From an uncultured Candidatus Saccharibacteria bacterium (GTDB lineage: Bacteria; Patescibacteriota; Doudnabacteria; UBA920; 2-01-FULL-46-14), in assembly GCA_964565195.1 (NCBI GenBank), contig CAZMCQ010000001.1:61153-125152 (forward strand): DNA of 64,000 nucleotides. Reading direction: 5' to 3'. Shown piece by piece: positions 43,507 to 52,368 of this stretch. Made by a program: the position numbers and the translations under genes. Each line of letters begins with the position of its first letter. Within the stretch, counting starts at the first letter, position 1. The notes below the pieces were generated by a model, which worked only from the letters and a program-made list of their open reading frames with translations, made no database searches and was not told the origin of the DNA.

Positions 43507-45262
43507 CTGTCTTCTTTATAACAGGCGCGAGCGGAATCGTGAAGTAAAAAGTGGTGCCGCGGCCCTCCTCGGAGAGAACGCCGACCTGGCCGCCGTGCGC
43601 CTCGACGACGCCTTTGACCACGACGAGGCCGAGACCCGTGCCTTTTTTCTCGCTTTTTTTGGCCGTGGAAAGCTGCTGAAACTTATTGAAAAGCTTCCCG
43701 ATTTCTTCCTGCGGGATACCAACACCCGTATCATTCACGGCCACAACCACCACGTCCGCGGGGGCCTTGAGGCCGCTTGACTGGCCAGGCCAGACGACCC
43801 CCAAGGCCGCGGCGCCCTCTGCCAGCGCTGCGCCCTGCGGACAGACATGCGCCGAGAGCGTCACGCGGCCGCCGGCCGGCGTGAATTTGATGGCATTGGA
43901 AAGGAGGTTGTTCAGCACTTGGGAAATTTTATTTTCATCAAACGAGAGCGCGGCCGGCAGTCGGTCGTCAATTTTGCTCTCCAGGGTAAGCTTCGCGTCG
44001 CCGGCCAGCGCCTGAAATGACTCCAGGCGCAGTTCGAGAAGTCGCCGCAGGTCATTGGGCCGCGCAAAGACTTCAAATTTCCCGGACTCCAGTTTGGCCA
44101 CATCCAAAAGGTCATTAACGAGATCGAGCATGGAGCTCGAATTCTGCGCAATGAGTTCCACAAACTCATTATACTTCTGCTGTTCGTTTTTCACGGCATC
44201 CGATTTGAGGAGCGTGGCGATGCTGCGGATGCCGGTCAGCGGCGAACGCAGCTCGTGCACCATCATCGAGGTGAAATCCTCGCGCAGTTTCTCGAGTTCC
44301 TTCTCGTGGGTGATGTCGTGGAACAGCACCACGCTCCCGAGCGGCTCGCCCTTGTTATCTTTGACTGGCGTGATCAGAATCTGCAAAAAACGGTCAGCCA
44401 GCTGGATGGCCTCCTCGACAATGAGTTCGTCTTTTTTTATGCTCTCCTCAATCTTCGTCCGCAGATCCAGCCGGTCCGAGAGCGCGTCCAGAATATCAAA
44501 AATGGTCGGGTGTTCGGCGGCGAGCCCCAGCATCTTTTTGGTCTGCGGATTGACGACCAGCAGGCGGTCGTGCGTGTCCACCATGAGGACCCCGTCAGCC
44601 ATGCTCGCCACCATGGCATTCAGCTTGCCCTTTTCAATCTCGAGGACAGTCTCGAGTTTGGAGACGCTGTCCGCGGCCTGATTCATGATGGTATATAAAA
44701 TCTCCACCTCATCACTCGTCTTGTAAAGTCCCGCGCGCGACGAGGCCACGGTGAGGATCCCGGCCGGCCGGTTGTTGATGATCACCGGCACGTTGAAAAA
44801 GGATTTGACGCTCGTGGCGCTGGCGGGGTCAGTCACGACTCCGGTCACGCTCTCGTCAACATCTTTCTCCGTGTACTGCCGCGAAAGGAGCGCGGAAAAG
44901 GATCGGAGCATCCGGCCGCGCACGTCGGCGATAAACTGCTTGTTCAGGGATTCGGCCAGAATAATCCGGAATAATAGCCGGCCATCTTCCTCTGGCAGCA
45001 TGTAGGCGACCGTGGAATACGGCAGGAGCTTCTCGAGACTGCCCGAGATGATATCCACGATTTTCTGGACATTCAGGGAGTAGCCGATGCGTTCGCCGAG
45101 TTCGCGCAGGATCGAGAGTTGGTACATACGCTGCCGCATCTCGTTCTCGCGCCGGTCCAACCGCGCTCGCGTCCGGCGGTATTCGAATAAAAAAATCACC
45201 AGCACAATCGCAGAAAAAATTGCGGCCCACAGTATGGATTGTGTTGGCGGAAGAAACGGCAT
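43496..45262 (-). CDS. Membrane histidine kinase with GAF and PAS domains
   Basis: TM, GAF-like region, SMADGVLMVD...FHDIT, HELRSPL, NAIKFT and GTGLGL. Confidence 0.9.
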   Translation of the reverse strand: MPFLPPTQSILWAAIFSAIVLVIFLFEYRRTRARLDRRENEMRQRMYQLSILRELGERIGYSLNVQKIVDIISGSLEKLLPYSTVAYMLPEEDGRLLFRIILAESLNKQFIADVRGRMLRSFSALLSRQYTEKDVDESVTGVVTDPASATSVKSFFNVPVIINNRPAGILTVASSRAGLYKTSDEVEILYTIMNQAADSVSKLETVLEIEKGKLNAMVASMADGVLMVDTHDRLLVVNPQTKKMLGLAAEHPTIFDILDALSDRLDLRTKIEESIKKDELIVEEAIQLADRFLQILITPVKDNKGEPLGSVVLFHDITHEKELEKLREDFTSMMVHELRSPLTGIRSIATLLKSDAVKNEQQKYNEFVELIAQNSSSMLDLVNDLLDVAKLESGKFEVFARPNDLRRLLELRLESFQALAGDAKLTLESKIDDRLPAALSFDENKISQVLNNLLSNAIKFTPAGGRVTLSAHVCPQGAALAEGAAALGVVWPGQSSGLKAPADVVVVAVNDTGVGIPQEEIGKLFNKFQQLSTAKKSEKKGTGLGLVVVKGVVEAHGGQVGVLSEEGRGTTFYFTIPLAPVIKKTDGK

Positions 45263-45274
45263 CAGCTTTTATTT

Positions 45275-45571
45275 TTATTTCGCGATCTTGGTGAGCTTGG
45301 AAAAGCCGACTGTGGAAAAAACGAGGCCCAAAAGTAAAACGAGGTTATGCACCATGGGCGCATACCCGCCGGCGATGGAACTGATAAAACTTAAATTGCC
45401 GAGCACGCGGTCAAGCGCTTCGATTGAGAAGAAAACAATGCCCATGCCGATCCAATTGAGCGCCGCGCCGATCAAGCCGCCATAAACTTGCGTGGTCTTC
45501 TTCAGACTGTACAGAATTCCGAAAAAGATCACGACCACGAAGATCTGCACCAAAAGCTGTCCTAAATTCAT
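45275..45571 (-). CDS. Three-TM small membrane protein
   Basis: Hydrophobic; YGGLIGAALNWI; lies within the two-component operon. Confidence 0.7.
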   Translation of the reverse strand: MNLGQLLVQIFVVVIFFGILYSLKKTTQVYGGLIGAALNWIGMGIVFFSIEALDRVLGNLSFISSIAGGYAPMVHNLVLLLGLVFSTVGFSKLTKIAK

Positions 45572-45576
45572 GCGGT

Positions 45577-45846
45577 TTATAAATTAAGTTTGATGTCCGG
45601 ATATTTGGCAAACACCGGCCCGAGGATGTTCTTCACAATTTCCCCGGAAAGCGAAATATATTCCGAAACGAGGCTCTGCAAAATGGTCTGCGCATCGCCG
45701 GAGAGTGAGCTTACGCTGCCGTCATCATTAACCGAAAGCCCGGCCACGTTTTTGGCTTTCCGCAGGGCAATATCCGGACCCAGGATATCCATCTGTTTGC
45801 GGATGATCTCGCTCAAAAGACTTTTGTAGTTCTCGGCGTCGCTCAT
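45577..45846 (-). CDS. Small hypothetical protein in the two-component operon
   Basis: 89 aa; ATGA-coupled to the receiver gene. Confidence 0.7.
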   Translation of the reverse strand: MSDAENYKSLLSEIIRKQMDILGPDIALRKAKNVAGLSVNDDGSVSSLSGDAQTILQSLVSEYISLSGEIVKNILGPVFAKYPDIKLNL

Positions 45847-46229
45847 CTTTTGCTCCGCGTCAGCACGGTACGCACTTTATCAAGCAGGTCCTCGAGCTTG
45901 TAGTTGGCCTTGACGAGGTAATCCATAGCGCCCAGAGACAACGCCTCGGAGATCCGTTCGTAATCCGAAAGGTTGGTGAGAATCACGACCGGAACATCGC
46001 GCGTCTCGGCGTCGGCTTTGAGTTTCTGCAGCATCTCCATCCCGTCCATCTTCGGCATAACCAAATCCAAAAGAATCAGATCGGGTTTGAAAGATTTGGT
46101 TTTCTCTAAGCCCTCCACGCCGTCCAGCGCCCCCTCGACCTCATACCCGCCCCCTGACAGTTCCTCTTTGAGCGCGGCCAAAAGAATTTCCTCATCCTCG
46201 ACCACCAAAACCCTGCCTTTATTTTCCAT
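45843..46229 (-). CDS. Stand-alone response regulator receiver
   Basis: Motifs VVEDE, LLDLVMP, LTN and YLVK. Start reassigned to 46229. Confidence 0.9.
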   Translation of the reverse strand: MENKGRVLVVEDEEILLAALKEELSGGGYEVEGALDGVEGLEKTKSFKPDLILLDLVMPKMDGMEMLQKLKADAETRDVPVVILTNLSDYERISEALSLGAMDYLVKANYKLEDLLDKVRTVLTRSKR

Positions 46230-46288
46230 AAGCTTTGTTTCCCCTATTAAATAAATGGTAATTGTCTCTAAAGTGTAGCACAAATTTC

Positions 46289-47662
46289 TCAAGTTTTCAA
46301 TTTTTTGCTTAAACTTTCGCCGGTGGCCACAATCTTCCGATCCAAGTGTCGCCTGGTTGCCTCAATCCCGTCAACAATTTCCACTGACGGCTTATCTGCG
46401 GCCAGGCCGCCTAATTTCTTATGGATGCGGTGGCGCAATTTGTTCAAAGTAAAATCCACTTCGGCCCGCAGGGCCAGGATTTCCTTCACCCCGGGCTCCT
46501 TTTTCAGCTTTTGCAGCTCACGGATGAGCCAGCCGATCAGAAGCAGGAGCAGCAGGTTCAGCGCGAATAACAAATACAGCGGCAGCTGCAGATTTGCGAA
46601 AAAGCCCACAAGCGGCAGCCCATTCACAATAATCGGCAGCTCGCTTTGGCGCTCATTGCCGGCGCGGTCTACGGCCGTAACGCGGATCACGTGCGGCCCG
46701 TTTTTCATTTTGTGAAAGGTGTGGGGCGACGCGCCTCTTTCCGCAACCTCCTCTTCATCTAGAAAAATTTCGTAGTGCTCAATACCTGACCCGCCCGGGT
46801 CCGTGGCCTCAAACTCAATGGTCGGCGTGCGGGTGACGTCATTCAAATCCGCCTGCCCGACCAACTGGATCTTAAAAAGTTTCGGCACCTCGGTGTCGAT
46901 CTGGATGCGGAAATGCTCCGTCGGCCCAAAGGCGGAATTGGCCTCCTGCCGCCGCGCCTTGATGTGGAAATACCAGACCCCGTCCTCAAGGTCAGGGTAC
47001 TTTTGACTGGTCGTTACGGTTGTGTCCAGAGTGTTGTCCGGAACAGTATCTTCTTTCTGGTCGAGCTCAAAGCTAAACCCATAGGCATTGGCCGGCCGCG
47101 TCCAGATGAGTTCCACCTCGTTTTTCGCATACCACGCCTCTTCCTTTGGGTGCGTCGGCGAGCCGACTTCCGGAGCGGCCACGGCCGGAGGCGTGATGGT
47201 GTAGCGTCCGCCGGCCGTGGCGGCAAGCGCATTGGTGCCCTGGCCGTCGTTCAGGAGAGCTTTTCCGCTTCCTACCGTGATGGTCGCCGAACCAACGCTC
47301 GTGCCGCGGAACGTCAGGGTCCCCACATGCCCGGCACCCCCCGTATAGCCCGGGCTCGGCAGCCCGCCGCCAAAATAAGCACTGCCCTGACCTTTCGCGG
47401 GCGAGCCCGGAGAGGCCAGATAAAAAGTTCCGCCCTGGGCCACGCTTACGAGCTCGAGATTGCTCGAATAACTGATCGTGGCCTCGGCTGTATTCACGGC
47501 TTGCCCCTGCGTGTCAGTCCGCACCGTGACGCTAAAGTTTGACCCGAGCGAAAAACTGCCCGAGGCCGGCGAGATGTATAAGCTCGCGGCTTGGGCACTC
47601 CCTGCCAGAAGCAAACCGAAAGCAAACAAGAATCCTAATTGTATTTGCTTTTTAGTTTCCAA
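46289..47662 (-). CDS. Cohesin-like/Ig-fold surface protein with C-terminal TM
   Basis: Signal peptide, ASLYISPASG...ALLNDGQGT, SPTHP, QIDTEVP, SGIEHY, DRAGN and a TM. Confidence 0.75.
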   Translation of the reverse strand: METKKQIQLGFLFAFGLLLAGSAQAASLYISPASGSFSLGSNFSVTVRTDTQGQAVNTAEATISYSSNLELVSVAQGGTFYLASPGSPAKGQGSAYFGGGLPSPGYTGGAGHVGTLTFRGTSVGSATITVGSGKALLNDGQGTNALAATAGGRYTITPPAVAAPEVGSPTHPKEEAWYAKNEVELIWTRPANAYGFSFELDQKEDTVPDNTLDTTVTTSQKYPDLEDGVWYFHIKARRQEANSAFGPTEHFRIQIDTEVPKLFKIQLVGQADLNDVTRTPTIEFEATDPGGSGIEHYEIFLDEEEVAERGASPHTFHKMKNGPHVIRVTAVDRAGNERQSELPIIVNGLPLVGFFANLQLPLYLLFALNLLLLLLIGWLIRELQKLKKEPGVKEILALRAEVDFTLNKLRHRIHKKLGGLAADKPSVEIVDGIEATRRHLDRKIVATGESLSKKLKT

Positions 47663-48771
47663 AGCAGAACAGCTGCACTAATTATTCCCAAAGCAATTAA
47701 TACGTTTAAGGGAATGCGCGCCGGATAATTTACGGTTTCTGTCCGGACGTTGCCGGCGCGGTCTACGGCCATAACCTTGACGGTATTGCCAAGGAGAGGC
47801 CGCTGCAATTCAAAAGGACTTTGCGCTTCACGGGAGAAACCAAAGGCGCCCGTTTTAATTTTATAATGCGCTATTCCCGAAGTTTTGTCCACTGTGGAGA
47901 AAGAAAGAAACGGCCTGCCGGAAAACAGTTCCGGGTCCGAAGAAATTTGGGGGGCGAACTCCTCTGGCGGGGTCTGATCAATCTGCACGCGGAATACCGC
48001 GGCCTCCTGCCACGCCTCTTCCGTCAATTTGGTATTGAGCTTGAAATAATAGATGCCATCCGGCAGATTTTCGTAACCATACTCCTCGCGGACCTCGTCC
48101 TTCTGTTCATCAGGAATGATTTCCAGATTGGAGCTGAAACTATAACTGTATTCCTCATCCGGCCGCGGGACAAACTTCAAAATGACTTTATTATCTTTAT
48201 ACCAGGCGTTGCTGTCCGGATGGGTTGTGGCGGTGATTAAAATCGGCTTCACTCCTTTGGGTGTCACGGCAAAATTCAGGACACGAAATTGAAGCGGCAC
48301 TGGCGTGCCGCGGCCGTCACTGGCAAGCGCGACCGATTGAGCATCCATGGTGATCTGCGCATTGCCCGTTTTTTTTGCCAGAAAGGTCGAGCGAAATACT
48401 GGAAATGCCGACGCATTAAACCCACCCGTCACGCCGCCGGTCAGGAGAAGCGTATTGCCTCGCACCTCGGGTCGCTCCACCCACAGCGAAACGAGCGAAT
48501 TGCCGGGCGCGACATCAATCGCCTCGAGTGTCTCCGGACTATAATTCAGCCGCAAAGAAATAGTATTGAGCGGAACTTTCTCGGTATCCAAGAACCAGTC
48601 CACGACAAAGCTCTCGCCTTCGCTCACTGTCTGGTAAGCAGAGCCGGCATAGAGCACCGCCGCCCGGGCGGCAGGCGCTAAAGCAACGCTAAATAAAAAC
48701 GCCATCGGAAAAATTGACCTAATTAACCTAATTGCTCTAATTGACCTAAACAAGCACCAATGCCCAATCAT
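47635..48771 (-). CDS. Cohesin-like/Ig-fold surface protein (start 48771 or 48705)
   Basis: Paralogous layout: LASDGRGT, TTHPD, QIDQTPP, SGIAHY, DRAGN and a C-terminal TM. Confidence 0.75.
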   Translation of the reverse strand: MIGHWCLFRSIRAIRLIRSIFPMAFLFSVALAPAARAAVLYAGSAYQTVSEGESFVVDWFLDTEKVPLNTISLRLNYSPETLEAIDVAPGNSLVSLWVERPEVRGNTLLLTGGVTGGFNASAFPVFRSTFLAKKTGNAQITMDAQSVALASDGRGTPVPLQFRVLNFAVTPKGVKPILITATTHPDSNAWYKDNKVILKFVPRPDEEYSYSFSSNLEIIPDEQKDEVREEYGYENLPDGIYYFKLNTKLTEEAWQEAAVFRVQIDQTPPEEFAPQISSDPELFSGRPFLSFSTVDKTSGIAHYKIKTGAFGFSREAQSPFELQRPLLGNTVKVMAVDRAGNVRTETVNYPARIPLNVLIALGIISAAVLLWKLKSKYN

Positions 48772-49166
48772 TTTAGCTTCCTATAAATGGAATTAAAGAT
48801 AAGGTTTAACTCTTTCGCTTCAATCCATAATTGACGGGCTCGGTCTTTTATGGCGGGTTCTGCAATAGCAGACATTCGCAGGAAGTGTTTTGATTCACGG
48901 GTTTCTTTTTTGCAAATGCCAATCTTGTGTTTGAAATCCGCTTTGCTTTCTGAATCGTCAGCTTCACAATAGTTAGCGCCGACAGAAGTTCCACACTTAA
49001 CCAGCTGATTAATGATTGGCCGAGTGATCTCGTTCTTAACCAGAGCTTGGCAAAATTTGATAATATCCTCTCCAAACTTGGCCGTTCGTTCCTCGAGATC
49101 ATATTTGGAATTTTGGGATTTGGACATTGTTTAGAACAATTAGGTCAATTAGTAATTAGGTTAATT
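48712..49166. mobile_element. Putative repeat-bounded cassette carrying the four-helix-bundle gene
   Basis: Inverted arms, each about four AATTGACCT-like units plus AAACAA plus 7-mers, at 48712-48770 and 49103-49166. Mobility is inferred, not shown. Confidence 0.55.
48768..49127 (-). CDS. Four-helix bundle protein (23S rRNA IVP family)
   Basis: DLEERTAKF...QLVKCGTSVGANYCEA...SKADFKHKIGICKKETRES...EAKELNLIF. Confidence 0.9.
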   Translation of the reverse strand: MSKSQNSKYDLEERTAKFGEDIIKFCQALVKNEITRPIINQLVKCGTSVGANYCEADDSESKADFKHKIGICKKETRESKHFLRMSAIAEPAIKDRARQLWIEAKELNLIFNSIYRKLK

Positions 49167-49169
49167 TTG

Positions 49170-50468
49170 CTAGCCAGTCCAATCATATAATAAGATCGAA
49201 AAATCCGTGAGGTTGACGATGCCGTCGTTGTTGATATCCCCCTTGCCCCCAAATTTGTTCCAGTTGTAAAGCAGAATCGAAAAATCCGTGAGGTTGACGC
49301 GGTCGTCATTGTTTAGGTCAGAGCGTTTGCTCTCCCCCGAGGGAGAGGCCTTCACCGATTTGTCGCCGACGTGAAACTCCAGCGTGCTTGAGTAGGGCGA
49401 GAGGAGATTTGCCTTGGCGGACTGGGATTTGGAGGTGTGACCGCCAATTTCTAAAACCGCGGTATTAAACGCCCGAAACCACGCGCCGGAATTTTCCGCC
49501 GTCACCTTCTCGATGTACTGCTGGTGAGAATTGACAAACACACTTACCGTGGAGGCCGGCGCCGTGTAGCCGAAAAAGTTCATGGTGTCGCCCTGCTTGA
49601 TGATGCTGTGCGACGCGCCGATGGTCGGCCCGAGAAAGATATTGTCCACAGTGGTCGTGACGCCAGAGGTGACAGACTGGATGAAGCTGTGCGACGGCGT
49701 CTTCACCCCTTTGGTATCCTCGGCGTAAAAGCTGAAGGAATAAATGCCGGTTGTAAGACTGCCGATCGTCACCTGGAAAGCTGCGGCCGGATCCGCGGTC
49801 GTAGTCGCGGCCACGGCCCCGTCGCGCAGCACAAACACAGTCGCCCCCGGAGAGGCGAGCCCCTTGAAAATGATACTCGCCGTGCCGGCGGCCGGCGTCC
49901 CATAACCGCCCCCACCTCCTCCCCCGCTCCCCGCGCTGCCGGACGAGGCGGCGGCCGGCGCCGCTGATTTTTCAGTTGAGATTGAGATCACCGTCCCGCC
50001 GGAAGTTTTGGCCCGCACCACAAAATAATAAGTCGTGCCATTGGTCAGGCCGTCTTTGGTGTAGCTTGTGACATTGCCGACGCTTTGAAAAGTATAGGAG
50101 CCGGACACTGTGCCAGTCCCGAGATCATAGCTCCCCACTGCCACGCCGAGATAAGTCGTGGGCGCGGTCCAGGAGAGGGCGACCTGGCCGCTGCCCGCCG
50201 TCGCCGTAAGGGTCGGCTTGGTCGCGGTGAAATAATATTGAAATCCGCTCCAGAGCTGAAAACTTTCCGAGGTGGATTTGCCGATGGCGGTCTGGCTAAG
50301 CGACTGGCCGAGGCCGAAGTTGGACGAGGTGGACGTGGCGCTGCCCGCGGAAATGATCGGGTTGGTCACCGTGAAATTGGTGGAGGAAAAATCCGTAGCA
50401 GCAGCTACAAATGGCAACAGCAGAACCAATATCCATCCTGAAATTAACTTTTTCATTTTTGATTTCAT
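49170..50468 (-). CDS. Secreted Fn3/Ig protein with C-terminal dockerin-type domain
   Basis: Signal peptide, LTNGTTYYFVVRA, and the duplicated DLNNDDRVNLTDFSILL / DINNDGIVNLTDFSILL. Confidence 0.82.
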   Translation of the reverse strand: MKSKMKKLISGWILVLLLPFVAAATDFSSTNFTVTNPIISAGSATSTSSNFGLGQSLSQTAIGKSTSESFQLWSGFQYYFTATKPTLTATAGSGQVALSWTAPTTYLGVAVGSYDLGTGTVSGSYTFQSVGNVTSYTKDGLTNGTTYYFVVRAKTSGGTVISISTEKSAAPAAASSGSAGSGGGGGGGYGTPAAGTASIIFKGLASPGATVFVLRDGAVAATTTADPAAAFQVTIGSLTTGIYSFSFYAEDTKGVKTPSHSFIQSVTSGVTTTVDNIFLGPTIGASHSIIKQGDTMNFFGYTAPASTVSVFVNSHQQYIEKVTAENSGAWFRAFNTAVLEIGGHTSKSQSAKANLLSPYSSTLEFHVGDKSVKASPSGESKRSDLNNDDRVNLTDFSILLYNWNKFGGKGDINNDGIVNLTDFSILLYDWTG

Positions 50469-50471
50469 CAG

Positions 50472-50550
50472 AATTTCTAATTCACCTAATTGCTCTAATT
50501 ATTCTAAACAAATCCCAATCCCCAATTGGTCATTAGAATAATTAGATATT
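50472..50550. repeat. Empty copy of the nonamer/heptamer element
   Basis: AATTCACCT AATTGCTCT AATTATTCT AAACAA ATCCCAA TCCCCAA, followed by a short inverted arm. Confidence 0.8.
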
Positions 50551-50614
50551 TATTATCTCCATTGTATCAAAAAACTGCGCCTCGTGCGAGAACGCAGTTT
50601 TGAAATCAATCTAA

Positions 50615-51061
50615 TTACTCTGTGCTCGCCCCGGCAGTCTGCCCAATATTAACTGGCGCGACCTCCACGATGATATTGCTCTCAGGGTTATAGAGAATGG
50701 CTTTTCGGGAATTGGTATAGATCAAAACCTTGTCGCCAACCTTGGCCTTCGCAAAAAACGGCTGGTCTTTGAGCTTCTCTGGATCCGCCACGGTCGCGAC
50801 CGTGGGCTGCTCGTCAGTGGGCAGGATGATAAGCCGCCCAACACGGGCAATGAGAGCCGCGGTTTCTTCCTGCGCGATCTTCTGCGGATTGGCTTTGAGC
50901 TCCCCGACCTGGTTATAAAAATAAGCGGCCGCCCCCAGTCCGGCGAGGGCCAAAACCGCCAGTCCCGCGATAATCGCTGTGAAGTATTTTGCGGGCACCG
51001 GGCCGGCTGGATTTTCGGTTTCATCTCCTAATTTTGGATCTTTTGGCATATCTTTTAGCAT
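50615..51061 (-). CDS. TM-anchored hypothetical protein
   Basis: TM followed by LPTDEQPTVATV...QPFFAKAKVGDKVLIY. Start uncertain. Confidence 0.75.
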   Translation of the reverse strand: MLKDMPKDPKLGDETENPAGPVPAKYFTAIIAGLAVLALAGLGAAAYFYNQVGELKANPQKIAQEETAALIARVGRLIILPTDEQPTVATVADPEKLKDQPFFAKAKVGDKVLIYTNSRKAILYNPESNIIVEVAPVNIGQTAGASTE

Positions 51062-51120
51062 AATTCCTTTATAATTATCTTGGCCAGAGTATAGCACAAC
51101 TTACCTGTGGAAAACTAGAG

Positions 51121-52368
51121 ATGATCGTCAAAAATTTCTTTTGGCTCTCGTTAACTCAAGGCAGCCGGATTCTCCGATTAATCGCGGTCATCTATGCCGC
51201 GCGGCTCTTGGGCGCTCCCGAGTACGGACGTTTTGCCTATATCTTGGGCCTTTTGAGTATTCTAGCGCTATTTGCTGACAGCGGCCTGTCTGAACTCCTA
51301 ACGCGGGATATCGCCCGACACAAGGACCGCCAAAGCGAGTATTTCGTAGCGAGCTTCTGGCTGAAAACGCTGCTCATTGTCCTGACCGCGGCCCTAATCT
51401 ACGCCCTCGGTCCATATGTGACAAAAATTGAAATGGTGCGCCCGCTCCTGTATTTATCCATTCTCCTCATGGCCTTTGATAATCTCCGCGAGTTGCTCAT
51501 CGGCTACCTGCGAGGTTTGCAAAGAATGGAAATCGAAACGGCGATTATCGCAGCCATGAACCTTGCGATCCTGCTCGGAGTGCTCCTCGCCCTGCCCTGG
51601 CAGCCCCGCGCCCAGACTCTCCTCATAATTTACATTCTCGGCAGCGGCCTGGCCGTGCTGCTGGCCGGAATGTTCAGCAGAAAAATATTTGTCGGAATTT
51701 TCCGGGATTTCCGCGCCACTCTGGCGCGGGAAATTTTGAAAAATTCCTGGCCCCTGGCCGCCGTAATCGGCCTGGGCACGCTGTATGGCCTCGACATGGT
51801 CATGCTCGGCTGGTGGCGGACCGCAGGAGAAATCGGGCTCTACTCGGCCGGGCAGAGGATTGTCCAGGGTTTAGCAATCGTGCCGACGCTCATTGCCACA
51901 GCAATCTTTCCCGCCCTATCTTCTGCGGTCCAAAACAACGAACAGGAAAAAGCACGGGCGATTAATAAAAAAGCGCTGGCCATAGTTTCTCTCTTCACTG
52001 TATTGGCCGTCGCCGGCGGCATAATCTTCCGGCAGCCAATCATCCGGCTTTTTTTTGGCCCCGAGTATGCTCCCGCCGCGACCAGCTTTGCGATACTGCT
52101 CGCAAGCGCGCTCCTGACTTTTCCGGGCGCGCTCTTGGTCAATATCATTTTGGCCCATAATGAACAACGCCGGGTCGTCAAATACGCTGTCGCGGGGACA
52201 GGAATTAATCTGATCTTGAATTTTCTGCTCATTCCGCCCTTGGGCATTGCCGGCGCGGCCACGGCCACGGCCATTGCGCTGGCCGTAAACTACGCGCTCG
52301 TCTGGCGCGCGGCAAACCAAATCATCAAAAAAGTTTCTCGACAGCATCCAGACCTTTCTCCAGACTGA
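51121..52368 (+). CDS. Wzx-type polysaccharide flippase
   Basis: About 12 TMs; ARLLGAPEYG, DMVML...GLYSAG and LGIAGAA. Confidence 0.88.
   Translation: MIVKNFFWLSLTQGSRILRLIAVIYAARLLGAPEYGRFAYILGLLSILALFADSGLSELLTRDIARHKDRQSEYFVASFWLKTLLIVLTAALIYALGPYVTKIEMVRPLLYLSILLMAFDNLRELLIGYLRGLQRMEIETAIIAAMNLAILLGVLLALPWQPRAQTLLIIYILGSGLAVLLAGMFSRKIFVGIFRDFRATLAREILKNSWPLAAVIGLGTLYGLDMVMLGWWRTAGEIGLYSAGQRIVQGLAIVPTLIATAIFPALSSAVQNNEQEKARAINKKALAIVSLFTVLAVAGGIIFRQPIIRLFFGPEYAPAATSFAILLASALLTFPGALLVNIILAHNEQRRVVKYAVAGTGINLILNFLLIPPLGIAGAATATAIALAVNYALVWRAANQIIKKVSRQHPDLSPD

Noticed and set aside
48712-48747. Short tandem arrays as CRISPR repeats
   Set aside because: Units are 7-9 bp with no spacers, and no cas genes are present.
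49195-49299. 24-bp exact direct repeat near an Avd-like gene (possible DGR TR/VR)
   Set aside because: It is the duplicated dockerin motif. There are no adenine-specific mismatches and no reverse transcriptase in the window.
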